From a virus: DNA of 64,000 bases. Shown in pieces: positions 55,505 to 64,000 of the stretch. The notes beneath the pieces are model-generated. The model was not told where the DNA came from, made no database searches, and was given only the letters and a program-made list of their open reading frames with translations. How positions within the stretch are numbered: the stretch's first letter is position 1; each line of letters begins with the position of its first letter. The position numbers and the translations under genes were made by a program. The DNA lies in the IMG/VR virus record IMGVR_UViG_3300023174_000140, positions 12,759 to 76,758 of that record, one strand, 5' to 3'.

Positions 55505-56356
55505 ATGATAAGCGCATTTAAACATATTAGACTTAGCGGATATAATTTAACACCAGTTCAAGGAACAGCATGGGATAATAGTTCAAATTTAAGACTTGGT
55601 TTTGGAAATAGTGGTTTAGCTTATTATAGTGAACTCACTGGAATTAGTGGTTACTTACAAGGTTTAATTAATACTGCTAATGCTGACGTAAATAGTATTA
55701 ATGTTACTGGTTATGCTGGTGCAGGAAATTTAGCAATTACTGGTTTAGATGGTACGACGCTTACTTTTAATGTTAGAACAAATACTATAGAAGTAAATGG
55801 TAATAGTGGATATTTTCAAGCATTATCTAATACAGTTTCTAATAATTTAGCTATTACTGGGAGTTATTTATATAATTTATTTACTGGATATACTGGTTCA
55901 TTAGATAATACTTATGCTTCTCAAACAGAATTTAATGCATTAAGTGGTAATCTCATTCAAACTGGTATAATTTTAAATGATAAAATTAGTAGTTTAAGTG
56001 GTTATGTTAATTCTCAAGATCTTATAGTTAGTGGACAAATTGCATTAACTGGAAGTATTTTAGATACTAAAATAAATAACTATAGCGGTTGGGCAAGTGG
56101 AACATATATTGCAAAATCTAGTAATCAAGTATTTACTACAACATTAGCAATTGGATTAGATGAATATCAAATTAATTATCCAGTACCTTTTGGTGGAGCA
56201 CTACCACCAAAAGTTTTAGCAACTCTTGAAGTTCCTGGAAATGTAATGTATAGTTTATCAACAAGATCAATCAGTCAAGCTGGATATACAGGCGTACTTT
56301 CTGATAATATTTTAGAAGCTGGCGCAAAAATCCATACTTTTGCTTCTATACAATAA
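55505..56356 (+). CDS. tail-fibre-related protein
   Basis: Shares the TGS.L..KI..LSG repeat with 56472. Confidence 0.65.
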   Translation: MISAFKHIRLSGYNLTPVQGTAWDNSSNLRLGFGNSGLAYYSELTGISGYLQGLINTANADVNSINVTGYAGAGNLAITGLDGTTLTFNVRTNTIEVNGNSGYFQALSNTVSNNLAITGSYLYNLFTGYTGSLDNTYASQTEFNALSGNLIQTGIILNDKISSLSGYVNSQDLIVSGQIALTGSILDTKINNYSGWASGTYIAKSSNQVFTTTLAIGLDEYQINYPVPFGGALPPKVLATLEVPGNVMYSLSTRSISQAGYTGVLSDNILEAGAKIHTFASIQ

Positions 56357-56471
56357 CTTATCTAGTGTAATATTCACTAGAATAATAGAATTAATAATTC
56401 TTTTACTCTTTAGTTCGCTTTAAAAAGCGACAGTTTGGCCTAAAAAACCAACAAAAGGAATAAAAAGAAAA

Positions 56472-59400
56472 ATGGCACAGATTTTTAAAGCTAAAACATT
56501 AGTAAGCAATAGTGGAAGATTCGCTTATGAGGTTATTGCGCCTAATTTAGTTTATAATACTGGTGACCAAAATGTTAGCGGAGTCAAGAATTTTGGATCT
56601 AGGCCTACTGTAAATGGCACAGGAGTTTTATTAATTGGCGAAGCTTCAGCAATAACTTTACCAAGCACAATTGTTTATACAACTGGGAATCAAATTATTT
56701 CTGGAAATAAAACTTTTGTTAATAATGTAGCCATTTCTGGTACTGGTATATTTAGTTCAGTTAAAGTTTCAAATATTGATAAATTACTTCTCTCTGGTAT
56801 TGATGTAGTTATATCTGGCAACTCTTCTGTTAATGTATATAATCAAATATACATAAGTGGAAATCCAGTATTAACTGGAGTAATTCCTACATCTCAAACT
56901 ATATCAAATGTAGTTTATACAACTGGCGATCAAAATATATCTGGAGCCAAAAATTTTTATACTCGCCCAACAGTAAATGGAACTGGCGTTTTATTAAGTG
57001 GAGATATTCCATATATTCAAACCAATTCATATTTCTATGTTGATGCCACTAGAACAGATTCATATATTGAAAATGGAAATATTTTATATCCATATAAAAC
57101 TTTAAGTAGCGCTTACAATGCAGCAAAAAATATTGCATATTTTCACAATCCAACTTATATAACGCTTCTTAGCCCAATAGCTGAAAATTTAACTATAGAT
57201 AAAGGATATATTAATTTAATAGGAAATAATACAAATAAAAATGATCCAATTAGAATAACTGGCTCATTAGTTTTTGCAGCTACTGGTATTGGTTCAACTA
57301 TAACAGATAATAATTTTTCAATAGCTGGGTTAGGAGTAACGGCCACTTCAAATAATAAATGTATATTATTTTCTGGAAATAACCCTCAAAGATTGTTTAT
57401 TCAAGATTGTTGGTTGATAGCAAAAGATAATGGAACTTGTTTATATTCAAATAATACAAATACAACTTCAAGATTGCAAGGAGATATATTAAAACTTAGT
57501 CCAGAAGGAGTAAATACAACAGCAATTGATATAGTAAGTGGAACATCTTCGATTTCTTTTGCTGAGACTAGTAGTTCTGCAAGTGTTTTAGCTTACGTTA
57601 GAAATAATAGTACTTTAAATATAAGTAACTCTCAAATAGAAACAACTGGAGCAAAAGCTTTTCAAGTTGAAAACGCTGCTAGATTAACTTTATTAAATAG
57701 CGTGCTAACAAATACAGCGAATCCTTCGACTGGAATATTTTTAAAAGATGCATCTTCTACAGCAGTAGTAGTTGGTTCAGCAATTTCTGTTCCAGCAAAC
57801 GCTAATAGTTATGCTATAAATGGAGTAGCTAATTCTTATCTTTTTTATAAAAATCTTTATTTTAGTATAGATGCAATTGGCGGAAGCACAGAATCAAAAA
57901 TTGGAAATAATGTTAATAAAAATTTAATTAATTCATATGATCCAGTAGTTTATAGTATAGGTAATCAAACTATTTCTGGAATTAAAACTTTTGATGTATT
58001 TCCAATTATTAGCGGAAATAAATTAATAACAGGAGTAGATTTAAACGCTTATGCTACAGTTGCTAATCTATTTGCTACAGGCTTTAATTTAGACAATAAG
58101 ATTAATAGTCTAAGTGGATATGTTGATAGTAAGGACATCATTTTTAGCGGTCAAATAGCTTTGACTGGATCTAATTTATATAACAGCATACTTTCATTAA
58201 GCGGTTTATTTACAGGATATACTGGAAATTTAGATACTAACTTTGCGAGCGATTCCCAATTATTTGCAACAGGTTCAACTCTTGATAACAAGATTAACTC
58301 TTTAAGTGGTTACGTCAATTCTCAAGACATTACGTTTAGTGGTCAAATATTTAACACAGGAAGCAGATTAGATAATAAAATTAATTCTCTAAGCGGATAT
58401 CTTAACGCTCAAGATATAGTATTTAGCGGCCAAACGTTTAATACAGGTAGCAGATTAGATAACAAGATCAACAGTTTGAGCGGTTACGTTGATAGCAAAT
58501 CTATAACTTTACCAAGTACAATTGTTTATACAACTGGCGATCAAGCTATAAGTGGATTTAAAAATTTTAGAAATGGATTTTATTTAAATAATACAAATAA
58601 CGAAGAGATTGGTGGAACACTTTTTGAAGGAAATATAAGTGGAATTTCTTTAAGTACATTTCAAAACCCAACAGATATTAAAATAAAAAATATTTTTGTT
58701 GGAGGTAATTTTGAGGATGTAATTTCTATACGTAATTCTTATTATACAGATACAATATTTGGACCATCTATAAATACTGCTATAGATGGAGATCAAATTG
58801 TTATATATCAAACTGGGTCAATTTATGGTATTTCAAACTCTAAAGGTCCATACATTAGACTGGGCGAAAATAATATAATTTCAGAAAAAAGGGCAAGCAA
58901 ACTTGGAGTTGGAACATTATTTCCAATAGAAAAAGTTCATATTAGTGGTGGAAATTTAAGAGTTGATGGAAATATTTACATTAGTGGCAACCAAGTTTTA
59001 ACAGGGTCTTTCGCTACAATTGCTAATTTAGACAATAAAATAAATGCATTAAGTGGAGTTTCAGTATTAACATTTGGTGATCAAATTATTTCTGGAAATA
59101 AAACTTTTGTTAATAATATTGGTGTTTCTGGAACTGGAGTTTTTAATGCAATTGATTTAAATAATGTTGATATTCTTTCTATTTCTGGAGTAGATGTTTC
59201 AATAGTAAATGGAAATGTTAGTTTAACAAATCGTCCTACAGTAAATGGCACAGGAGTTGTTTTAAGTGGCGAACTTGAAAGAATAATTATAAATAGTGGA
59301 GCTTTATTAAATGAAAAAATAAATTCACTTAGCGGTTATGTAAACTCCCAAGATATTGTTTTTAGTGGTCAGACATTTAATACAGGAAGTAGACTTGATA

Positions 59401-61571
59401 GTAAAATCAATAGTCTAAGTGGATACATTGATTCTAGAGATATTTTATTCAGTGGGCAAATATCACTAACTGGTAGTAATCTTAACGATAAGATAACTTC
59501 TTTAAGTGGTTATGTTAACTCACAAGATATTATCTTTAGTGGCCAAATATCATCTACTGGAAGTATACTAGATAATAAAATCAACTCACTTAGTGGTTAC
59601 ATCAACTCTCAAGACAATGTATTCAGCGGACAAATTTTTAACACAGGTAGTAGATTAGATAGCAAGATCAACTCTTTAAGTGGTTACCTTAACTCGCAAG
59701 ATATTATTTTTAGCGGCCAGATAGCTTCTACAGGTTCTAGTTTATACAATAGCATACTTTCATTAAGTGGTCTATTTACGGGATATACTGGAAATTTAGA
59801 TGCTAATTTTGCAACTGATGCACAATTGTTTAGCACAGGTTCAATTTTAGATAATAAGGTTAACGCTTTGAGCGGATATGTAAATTCTCAGGATAATATA
59901 TTCAGCGGTCAAACATTTAATACTGGAAGTAGACTAGACAATAAAATAAACTCTTTGAGTGGATACGTTAATAGTCAAGACATTATCTTTAGTGGACAGA
60001 TTGCTTCTACTGGATCAATTCTTGATAACAAGATTAATGCATTAAGTGGTTCATTTGGTAATAATATTGTTTATACTACTGGCAATCAAATCATAAGTGG
60101 AATTAAAACTTTTGTAGATAATACAGTATTCGGTGATCCTAGTCAAGGTGACTTTTTAGTTATTTCTGGTAATACTTTCACAATATATGGAAGTGGTAAT
60201 TTCACAAATGGACTTTTTGTAAGTGGAGTTCCAGTATTAACTGGATTACCAAATTGGTATGCAACTTCAACTGATTTAGCCTTAACTGGAAGCATTTTAA
60301 ATGATAAAATTAACGCTCTAAGCGGATATGTAAATTCCCAAGATACTATATTTAGTGGTCAAACTTTCAACACAGGTAGTAGATTAGATAGCAAAATAAA
60401 TTCATTAAGCGGTTGGAGTGCTTCATCTGGTAATCTTTTTTCAACTGGAAGTAATTTAGACAATAAGATCAATTCATTAAGTGGTTATGTTAACGCTCAA
60501 AACATAGTATTTAGCGGCCAAACATTTAATACGGGCAGCAGATTAGATAATAAAATTAATAGTTTAAGTGGTTATATAAATTCTACTGGTAGTAATATTC
60601 TATTTACAACTGGTAATCAAACAATAGATGGTAATAAATCATTTACAGAATCATCAGTATTAACTGTAAAAACAATCTCAGGATTTAAGGGCAACAACAT
60701 TTATTCTTTAAATTTATTTGGAGCAAATGATACTTCTACTGCAAATCCAAGTATTTTTGTAGGTGGTAGCATAAATTTAATAGGAGGCACAGGAACAACA
60801 TTTGGAAATCCAAATTATGGAAGTATTAATTTACTTGCTGGTGGACCAAAATACAATGGAAATATAAACTTAAATGGAAATATAAATTTCAATAATGATA
60901 CTACATCTACTTTGGGTTCAAGAACTATTAGTTTTTATAAAACAGGCCTAAGTTTTGGAAGCCCACAGTCAATAAGTGTAATTACTATTAATAATAGTGC
61001 ATTTTCAATTAATGATCCAGCTGGGTCAGCTGACGGAGGAATTGGATTTTACATTAGTGGAGTAGGAGTAACTCCAGCGCTTTATGCTAATATTAATAAT
61101 CTTGCTAGTACTGGCTCTACTCTTAATAATAAAATAAATAATCTTAGCGGCTTTATTAATGATAATGTTGTATTTAAAACTGGCAATCAAACAATATTAG
61201 GAGAAAAAACTTTCTCTGGAACAACAACAGTAATTGGGCATTTTGCAGCAACATCTAAATCATTCTTAATAGATCATCCTTTAGATAACAATAAAAAACT
61301 TCAATACGCCAGTTTAGAAGGCCCAGAGCATGGAGTATTCCTAAGAGGAAAAACTAATGAAAACATCATAAACCTTCCAAATTATTGGTCCGCTTTAGTT
61401 GACGAAAATACTATTTCAGTTAATCTCACTCCAATTAATGTATATTCCAATATTTATGTTGTTGATTATAATAATAGAAGAGTAATCACAAATGGTAATA
61501 ATGGAAACTATTATTTTTATACAATCTATGGAGAACGAAAAGATATTCCTAAATTAACTGTGGAGTTTTAA
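56472..61571 (+). CDS. long tail fibre protein
   Basis: VYTTG.Q.ISG.K.F repeats, ~29-aa TGSRLDNKINSLSGYVNSQDIIFSGQ repeats, C-terminal KSFLIDHP...L.YASLEGPE.GV..RG domain. Confidence 0.85.
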   Translation: MAQIFKAKTLVSNSGRFAYEVIAPNLVYNTGDQNVSGVKNFGSRPTVNGTGVLLIGEASAITLPSTIVYTTGNQIISGNKTFVNNVAISGTGIFSSVKVSNIDKLLLSGIDVVISGNSSVNVYNQIYISGNPVLTGVIPTSQTISNVVYTTGDQNISGAKNFYTRPTVNGTGVLLSGDIPYIQTNSYFYVDATRTDSYIENGNILYPYKTLSSAYNAAKNIAYFHNPTYITLLSPIAENLTIDKGYINLIGNNTNKNDPIRITGSLVFAATGIGSTITDNNFSIAGLGVTATSNNKCILFSGNNPQRLFIQDCWLIAKDNGTCLYSNNTNTTSRLQGDILKLSPEGVNTTAIDIVSGTSSISFAETSSSASVLAYVRNNSTLNISNSQIETTGAKAFQVENAARLTLLNSVLTNTANPSTGIFLKDASSTAVVVGSAISVPANANSYAINGVANSYLFYKNLYFSIDAIGGSTESKIGNNVNKNLINSYDPVVYSIGNQTISGIKTFDVFPIISGNKLITGVDLNAYATVANLFATGFNLDNKINSLSGYVDSKDIIFSGQIALTGSNLYNSILSLSGLFTGYTGNLDTNFASDSQLFATGSTLDNKINSLSGYVNSQDITFSGQIFNTGSRLDNKINSLSGYLNAQDIVFSGQTFNTGSRLDNKINSLSGYVDSKSITLPSTIVYTTGDQAISGFKNFRNGFYLNNTNNEEIGGTLFEGNISGISLSTFQNPTDIKIKNIFVGGNFEDVISIRNSYYTDTIFGPSINTAIDGDQIVIYQTGSIYGISNSKGPYIRLGENNIISEKRASKLGVGTLFPIEKVHISGGNLRVDGNIYISGNQVLTGSFATIANLDNKINALSGVSVLTFGDQIISGNKTFVNNIGVSGTGVFNAIDLNNVDILSISGVDVSIVNGNVSLTNRPTVNGTGVVLSGELERIIINSGALLNEKINSLSGYVNSQDIVFSGQTFNTGSRLDSKINSLSGYIDSRDILFSGQISLTGSNLNDKITSLSGYVNSQDIIFSGQISSTGSILDNKINSLSGYINSQDNVFSGQIFNTGSRLDSKINSLSGYLNSQDIIFSGQIASTGSSLYNSILSLSGLFTGYTGNLDANFATDAQLFSTGSILDNKVNALSGYVNSQDNIFSGQTFNTGSRLDNKINSLSGYVNSQDIIFSGQIASTGSILDNKINALSGSFGNNIVYTTGNQIISGIKTFVDNTVFGDPSQGDFLVISGNTFTIYGSGNFTNGLFVSGVPVLTGLPNWYATSTDLALTGSILNDKINALSGYVNSQDTIFSGQTFNTGSRLDSKINSLSGWSASSGNLFSTGSNLDNKINSLSGYVNAQNIVFSGQTFNTGSRLDNKINSLSGYINSTGSNILFTTGNQTIDGNKSFTESSVLTVKTISGFKGNNIYSLNLFGANDTSTANPSIFVGGSINLIGGTGTTFGNPNYGSINLLAGGPKYNGNINLNGNINFNNDTTSTLGSRTISFYKTGLSFGSPQSISVITINNSAFSINDPAGSADGGIGFYISGVGVTPALYANINNLASTGSTLNNKINNLSGFINDNVVFKTGNQTILGEKTFSGTTTVIGHFAATSKSFLIDHPLDNNKKLQYASLEGPEHGVFLRGKTNENIINLPNYWSALVDENTISVNLTPINVYSNIYVVDYNNRRVITNGNNGNYYFYTIYGERKDIPKLTVEF

Positions 61572-61572
61572 T

Positions 61573-62280
61573 ATGGGAGTAGGATATAATCCTAAGATAG
61601 TTACTGATGGATTAGTACTATGCTTAGACGCTGCTAATAAAAAAAGTTATTCTGGAACTGGAACTTCTTGGAAAGATTTAAGTGGAAATAATAGAAATTT
61701 CAATTGGTATTCTAGTCCATCTTTTGTTTCTGCTGGAGCACTTTCTTACTTTACAACTCTTGGAAATAGATGCACTGGTCCAGCTTCAAATTCTTTTAAT
61801 ATAAATGATACAACTGGATATACAATATTTTTAATTTGTATGCAAAATAGTCTGGTTGATACTTCTGCATTTAAATTTTATGGATCAGTTGGATATGCAA
61901 ATAGAGGAATTTTTGCTCATGTTACATGGAGCGATAATGTTGTTTATTTTGATCAAGGGGGATGTTGCGATCCAGATACAAGAACGAATGTTGCTAGTGG
62001 AGGCTCTCAAACTTGGAATATATGGACATTTAGAAGATTAACGAATAGCTCAACTAGAAGTATTAGTAAAAATGGAAGAACGTTAATAACAAATACAGCT
62101 ACTGCAGCAAATATCAATTTAAATTCAACTAACATTGATTTAGGTAGCTCAGATGAATATGGTGGAAATAGTTCAACTTGGAACGCAAGATTAAATTTTT
62201 TTAATGTATATAATAGAGGTTTATCTGATCTTGAAATTCTTCAAAATTGGAATGCTTTAAAAGGAAGGTTTAATTTATGA
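61573..62280 (+). CDS. LamG/ConA-like domain protein
   Basis: IVTDGLVLCLDAAN..SY.G.GT.W.DLSG...YNR.LS..EILQN.NALKGRF. Confidence 0.8.
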   Translation: MGVGYNPKIVTDGLVLCLDAANKKSYSGTGTSWKDLSGNNRNFNWYSSPSFVSAGALSYFTTLGNRCTGPASNSFNINDTTGYTIFLICMQNSLVDTSAFKFYGSVGYANRGIFAHVTWSDNVVYFDQGGCCDPDTRTNVASGGSQTWNIWTFRRLTNSSTRSISKNGRTLITNTATAANINLNSTNIDLGSSDEYGGNSSTWNARLNFFNVYNRGLSDLEILQNWNALKGRFNL

Positions 62281-62966
62281 GCTTTCATCATTCTCCTAAA
62301 ATAGTTACTGATGGATTGGTTTTTTGTATTGATCCTGCAAATCCAAAAAGTTACTCTAGCGGTTCAACTTGTAGAGATCTTACCTTAAAAAATGGAATTG
62401 GCACTTTAACAAATGTAACACTTTCATCAGACAAGGGATTTATTCTTTCAATATATAATAGTTCAAAAATTCAATTTATTAGAAATTTTACGAATGTAAC
62501 AAATAACATGACCTATATGGTTGCAGTAGATGCTCCTCCAACTAATTCTTATGGTGCATTTTTATCTTCATCAAATATTGATTTTGGAGGAGTAGTCCTT
62601 GGATATTATTATGGTGGAGCTAGTACTTATACATTTCAACTTTACGCAGCTGAAAACGATGGAATTTATAATATTGATTTGGGAGCTATAATTAATGCAA
62701 ATTCATGGAAAAGAAAATATATAATTGCAGCAACAATTAATGGATCAATAGCAAAGATATATGTAAATGGAATATTAAGCGCAACTGCATCAAATCCTTA
62801 TAATTTAAATAATCAAAATTATATAAATGTTGGTTATGATGACCAAGAAGATAATTGGATTGTTGAAGGAACTAAAATATATCAATCTATGATTTATAAT
62901 AGAGCCTTAACAGACACAGAAATTCTTCAAAACTATAATGCTTTAAAAGGAAAGTATAAAATATGA
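62277..62966 (+). CDS. LamG/ConA-like domain protein
   Basis: Same N- and C-terminal motifs as 61573. Confidence 0.8.
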   Translation: MSFHHSPKIVTDGLVFCIDPANPKSYSSGSTCRDLTLKNGIGTLTNVTLSSDKGFILSIYNSSKIQFIRNFTNVTNNMTYMVAVDAPPTNSYGAFLSSSNIDFGGVVLGYYYGGASTYTFQLYAAENDGIYNIDLGAIINANSWKRKYIIAATINGSIAKIYVNGILSATASNPYNLNNQNYINVGYDDQEDNWIVEGTKIYQSMIYNRALTDTEILQNYNALKGKYKI

Positions 62967-63634
62967 GTGCATCAGGTGGACCAGATTTAGTTACAAATGG
63001 TTTAGTTCTTTGTCTTGACGCAGCAGATAAACAAAGCTATTCTGGAAGTGGAACAATTTGGAGGGATTTAGCTGGTTCTAACAATGGAACACTTACAAAT
63101 GGACCAACTTATAACAGCGCAAATGGTGGTTCTATTATTTTCGATGGAGCTGATGACTTTGTTCAATGTTTAGGATCTATTACAGTTACAGATGCGACAT
63201 TTGTAACTTGGATAAGACGTAATGGAAATCAAGGTACATATGATGGTATTTTATATTCCAGAGGAACAAATACTACTGGAATGAGCTTTTATTCATCCAA
63301 TCAACTTGGATATACTTGGAACGATGCTGGTAATACTTATGGTTGGAGTAGTGGATTAACAATACCAAATTTGACATGGTGTATGGTTGCAATTTCTGTT
63401 ACAAGCACAGCAGCAACAGCATATCTATGTGAATCTAGCGGAATCACCTCTGCTACTAATACAGTTAGTCATGCTAGTAGTCTTTTAGATGATATAAAGA
63501 TTGGTATTGATGAGTATGAGAATAGATGCTTCACTGGAAACATAGCAACAGCAATGATTTACAATCGTGCGCTATCTGCAAATGAAATTCTTCAAAACTA
63601 TAAATCTTTAAAAGGAAGGTTCTTGTTAACATAA
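62963..63634 (+). CDS. LamG/ConA-like domain protein
   Basis: Same N- and C-terminal motifs as 61573. Confidence 0.8.
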   Translation: MSASGGPDLVTNGLVLCLDAADKQSYSGSGTIWRDLAGSNNGTLTNGPTYNSANGGSIIFDGADDFVQCLGSITVTDATFVTWIRRNGNQGTYDGILYSRGTNTTGMSFYSSNQLGYTWNDAGNTYGWSSGLTIPNLTWCMVAISVTSTAATAYLCESSGITSATNTVSHASSLLDDIKIGIDEYENRCFTGNIATAMIYNRALSANEILQNYKSLKGRFLLT

Positions 63635-63649
63635 GTGTAATCTATCTAT

Positions 63650-64000
63650 ATGCCTAATATATTAATTAACCCAAGATCGGGAATACTTGAATTTAACACG
63701 GGTATTGCTGGAAGTTCTGCTTTTGATACTAATTTAAGTGGTTTTAGAATGACTTATGATAATTTCGGGGCAATTAATTTATTAAGCTATAATACGAATC
63801 CATCTTCTGGAGTAGACAGATTCACAATAGATGGAACAAATGGCCGTTTATTTTCTGTAACAGATAATCTTGTTGGATCTCTTTTTAGCGTTAACGATAT
63901 AGCTGGACTTCCAATTATAGAAGCTTTTGATGACAATACTGTTGTTATGGGAGCTTTCAATAAAAATGATTTTATTATAAGTGGAGGTTGCGTTGGAATT
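63650..64000 (+). CDS. tail-fibre-like protein (3' truncated)
   Basis: GTGTAAT-N8-ATG; open to the window end; LFSVND..GLP.IE.FDD motif. Confidence 0.65.
   Translation, partial: MPNILINPRSGILEFNTGIAGSSAFDTNLSGFRMTYDNFGAINLLSYNTNPSSGVDRFTIDGTNGRLFSVTDNLVGSLFSVNDIAGLPIIEAFDDNTVVMGAFNKNDFIISGGCVGI

Noticed and set aside
56472-63634. Diversity-generating retroelement targeting tail fibre/LamG genes
   Set aside because: No reverse transcriptase in the window; repeats differ at synonymous positions generally, not in an adenine-specific TR/VR pattern.
1-64000. Stop-codon reassignment
   Set aside because: Long genes are intact under code 11, all three stops terminate genes, and no suppressor tRNA is seen.

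Overview
AT-rich 64-kb segment of a large tailed dsDNA phage. The host is probably Verrucomicrobia/PVC, inferred from a PEP-CTERM/autotransporter-repeat gene and a Verrucomicrobia-type DUF4032-like gene. 1-18.8 kb is an early/accessory region of small genes, most with their own sigma70-like promoter (TTGACA-N17-TATATT) 6-7 nt before the ATG, i.e. leaderless. It includes MazG, DUF932, ArdC, gp88-like and SleB-like genes, 5 tRNAs and three unannotated ~180-220 nt highly structured RNAs. Between 8.0 and 18.8 kb, genes are separated by a previously unrecognised (to me) 75-bp element: two 27-bp palindromes (GTAA-N4-TT-N7-AA-N4-TTAC) starting exactly 48 bp apart around a 21-bp GC-rich spacer. There are 9 full copies plus 4 lone half-sites, mostly placed stop codon -> element -> promoter -> gene. 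19.2-64 kb is the late region: PhoH, PEP-CTERM protein, ECF-like sigma factor, ERCC4 nuclease, TerL, portal, lysis genes, protease/scaffold, major capsid, tail fibres and LamG proteins. A GTGTAA(T) motif starts about 14 nt before the ATG of many late genes, a probable phage-sigma late promoter giving leaderless mRNAs. All calls are from motif recognition by eye; no database searches or folding programs were run.
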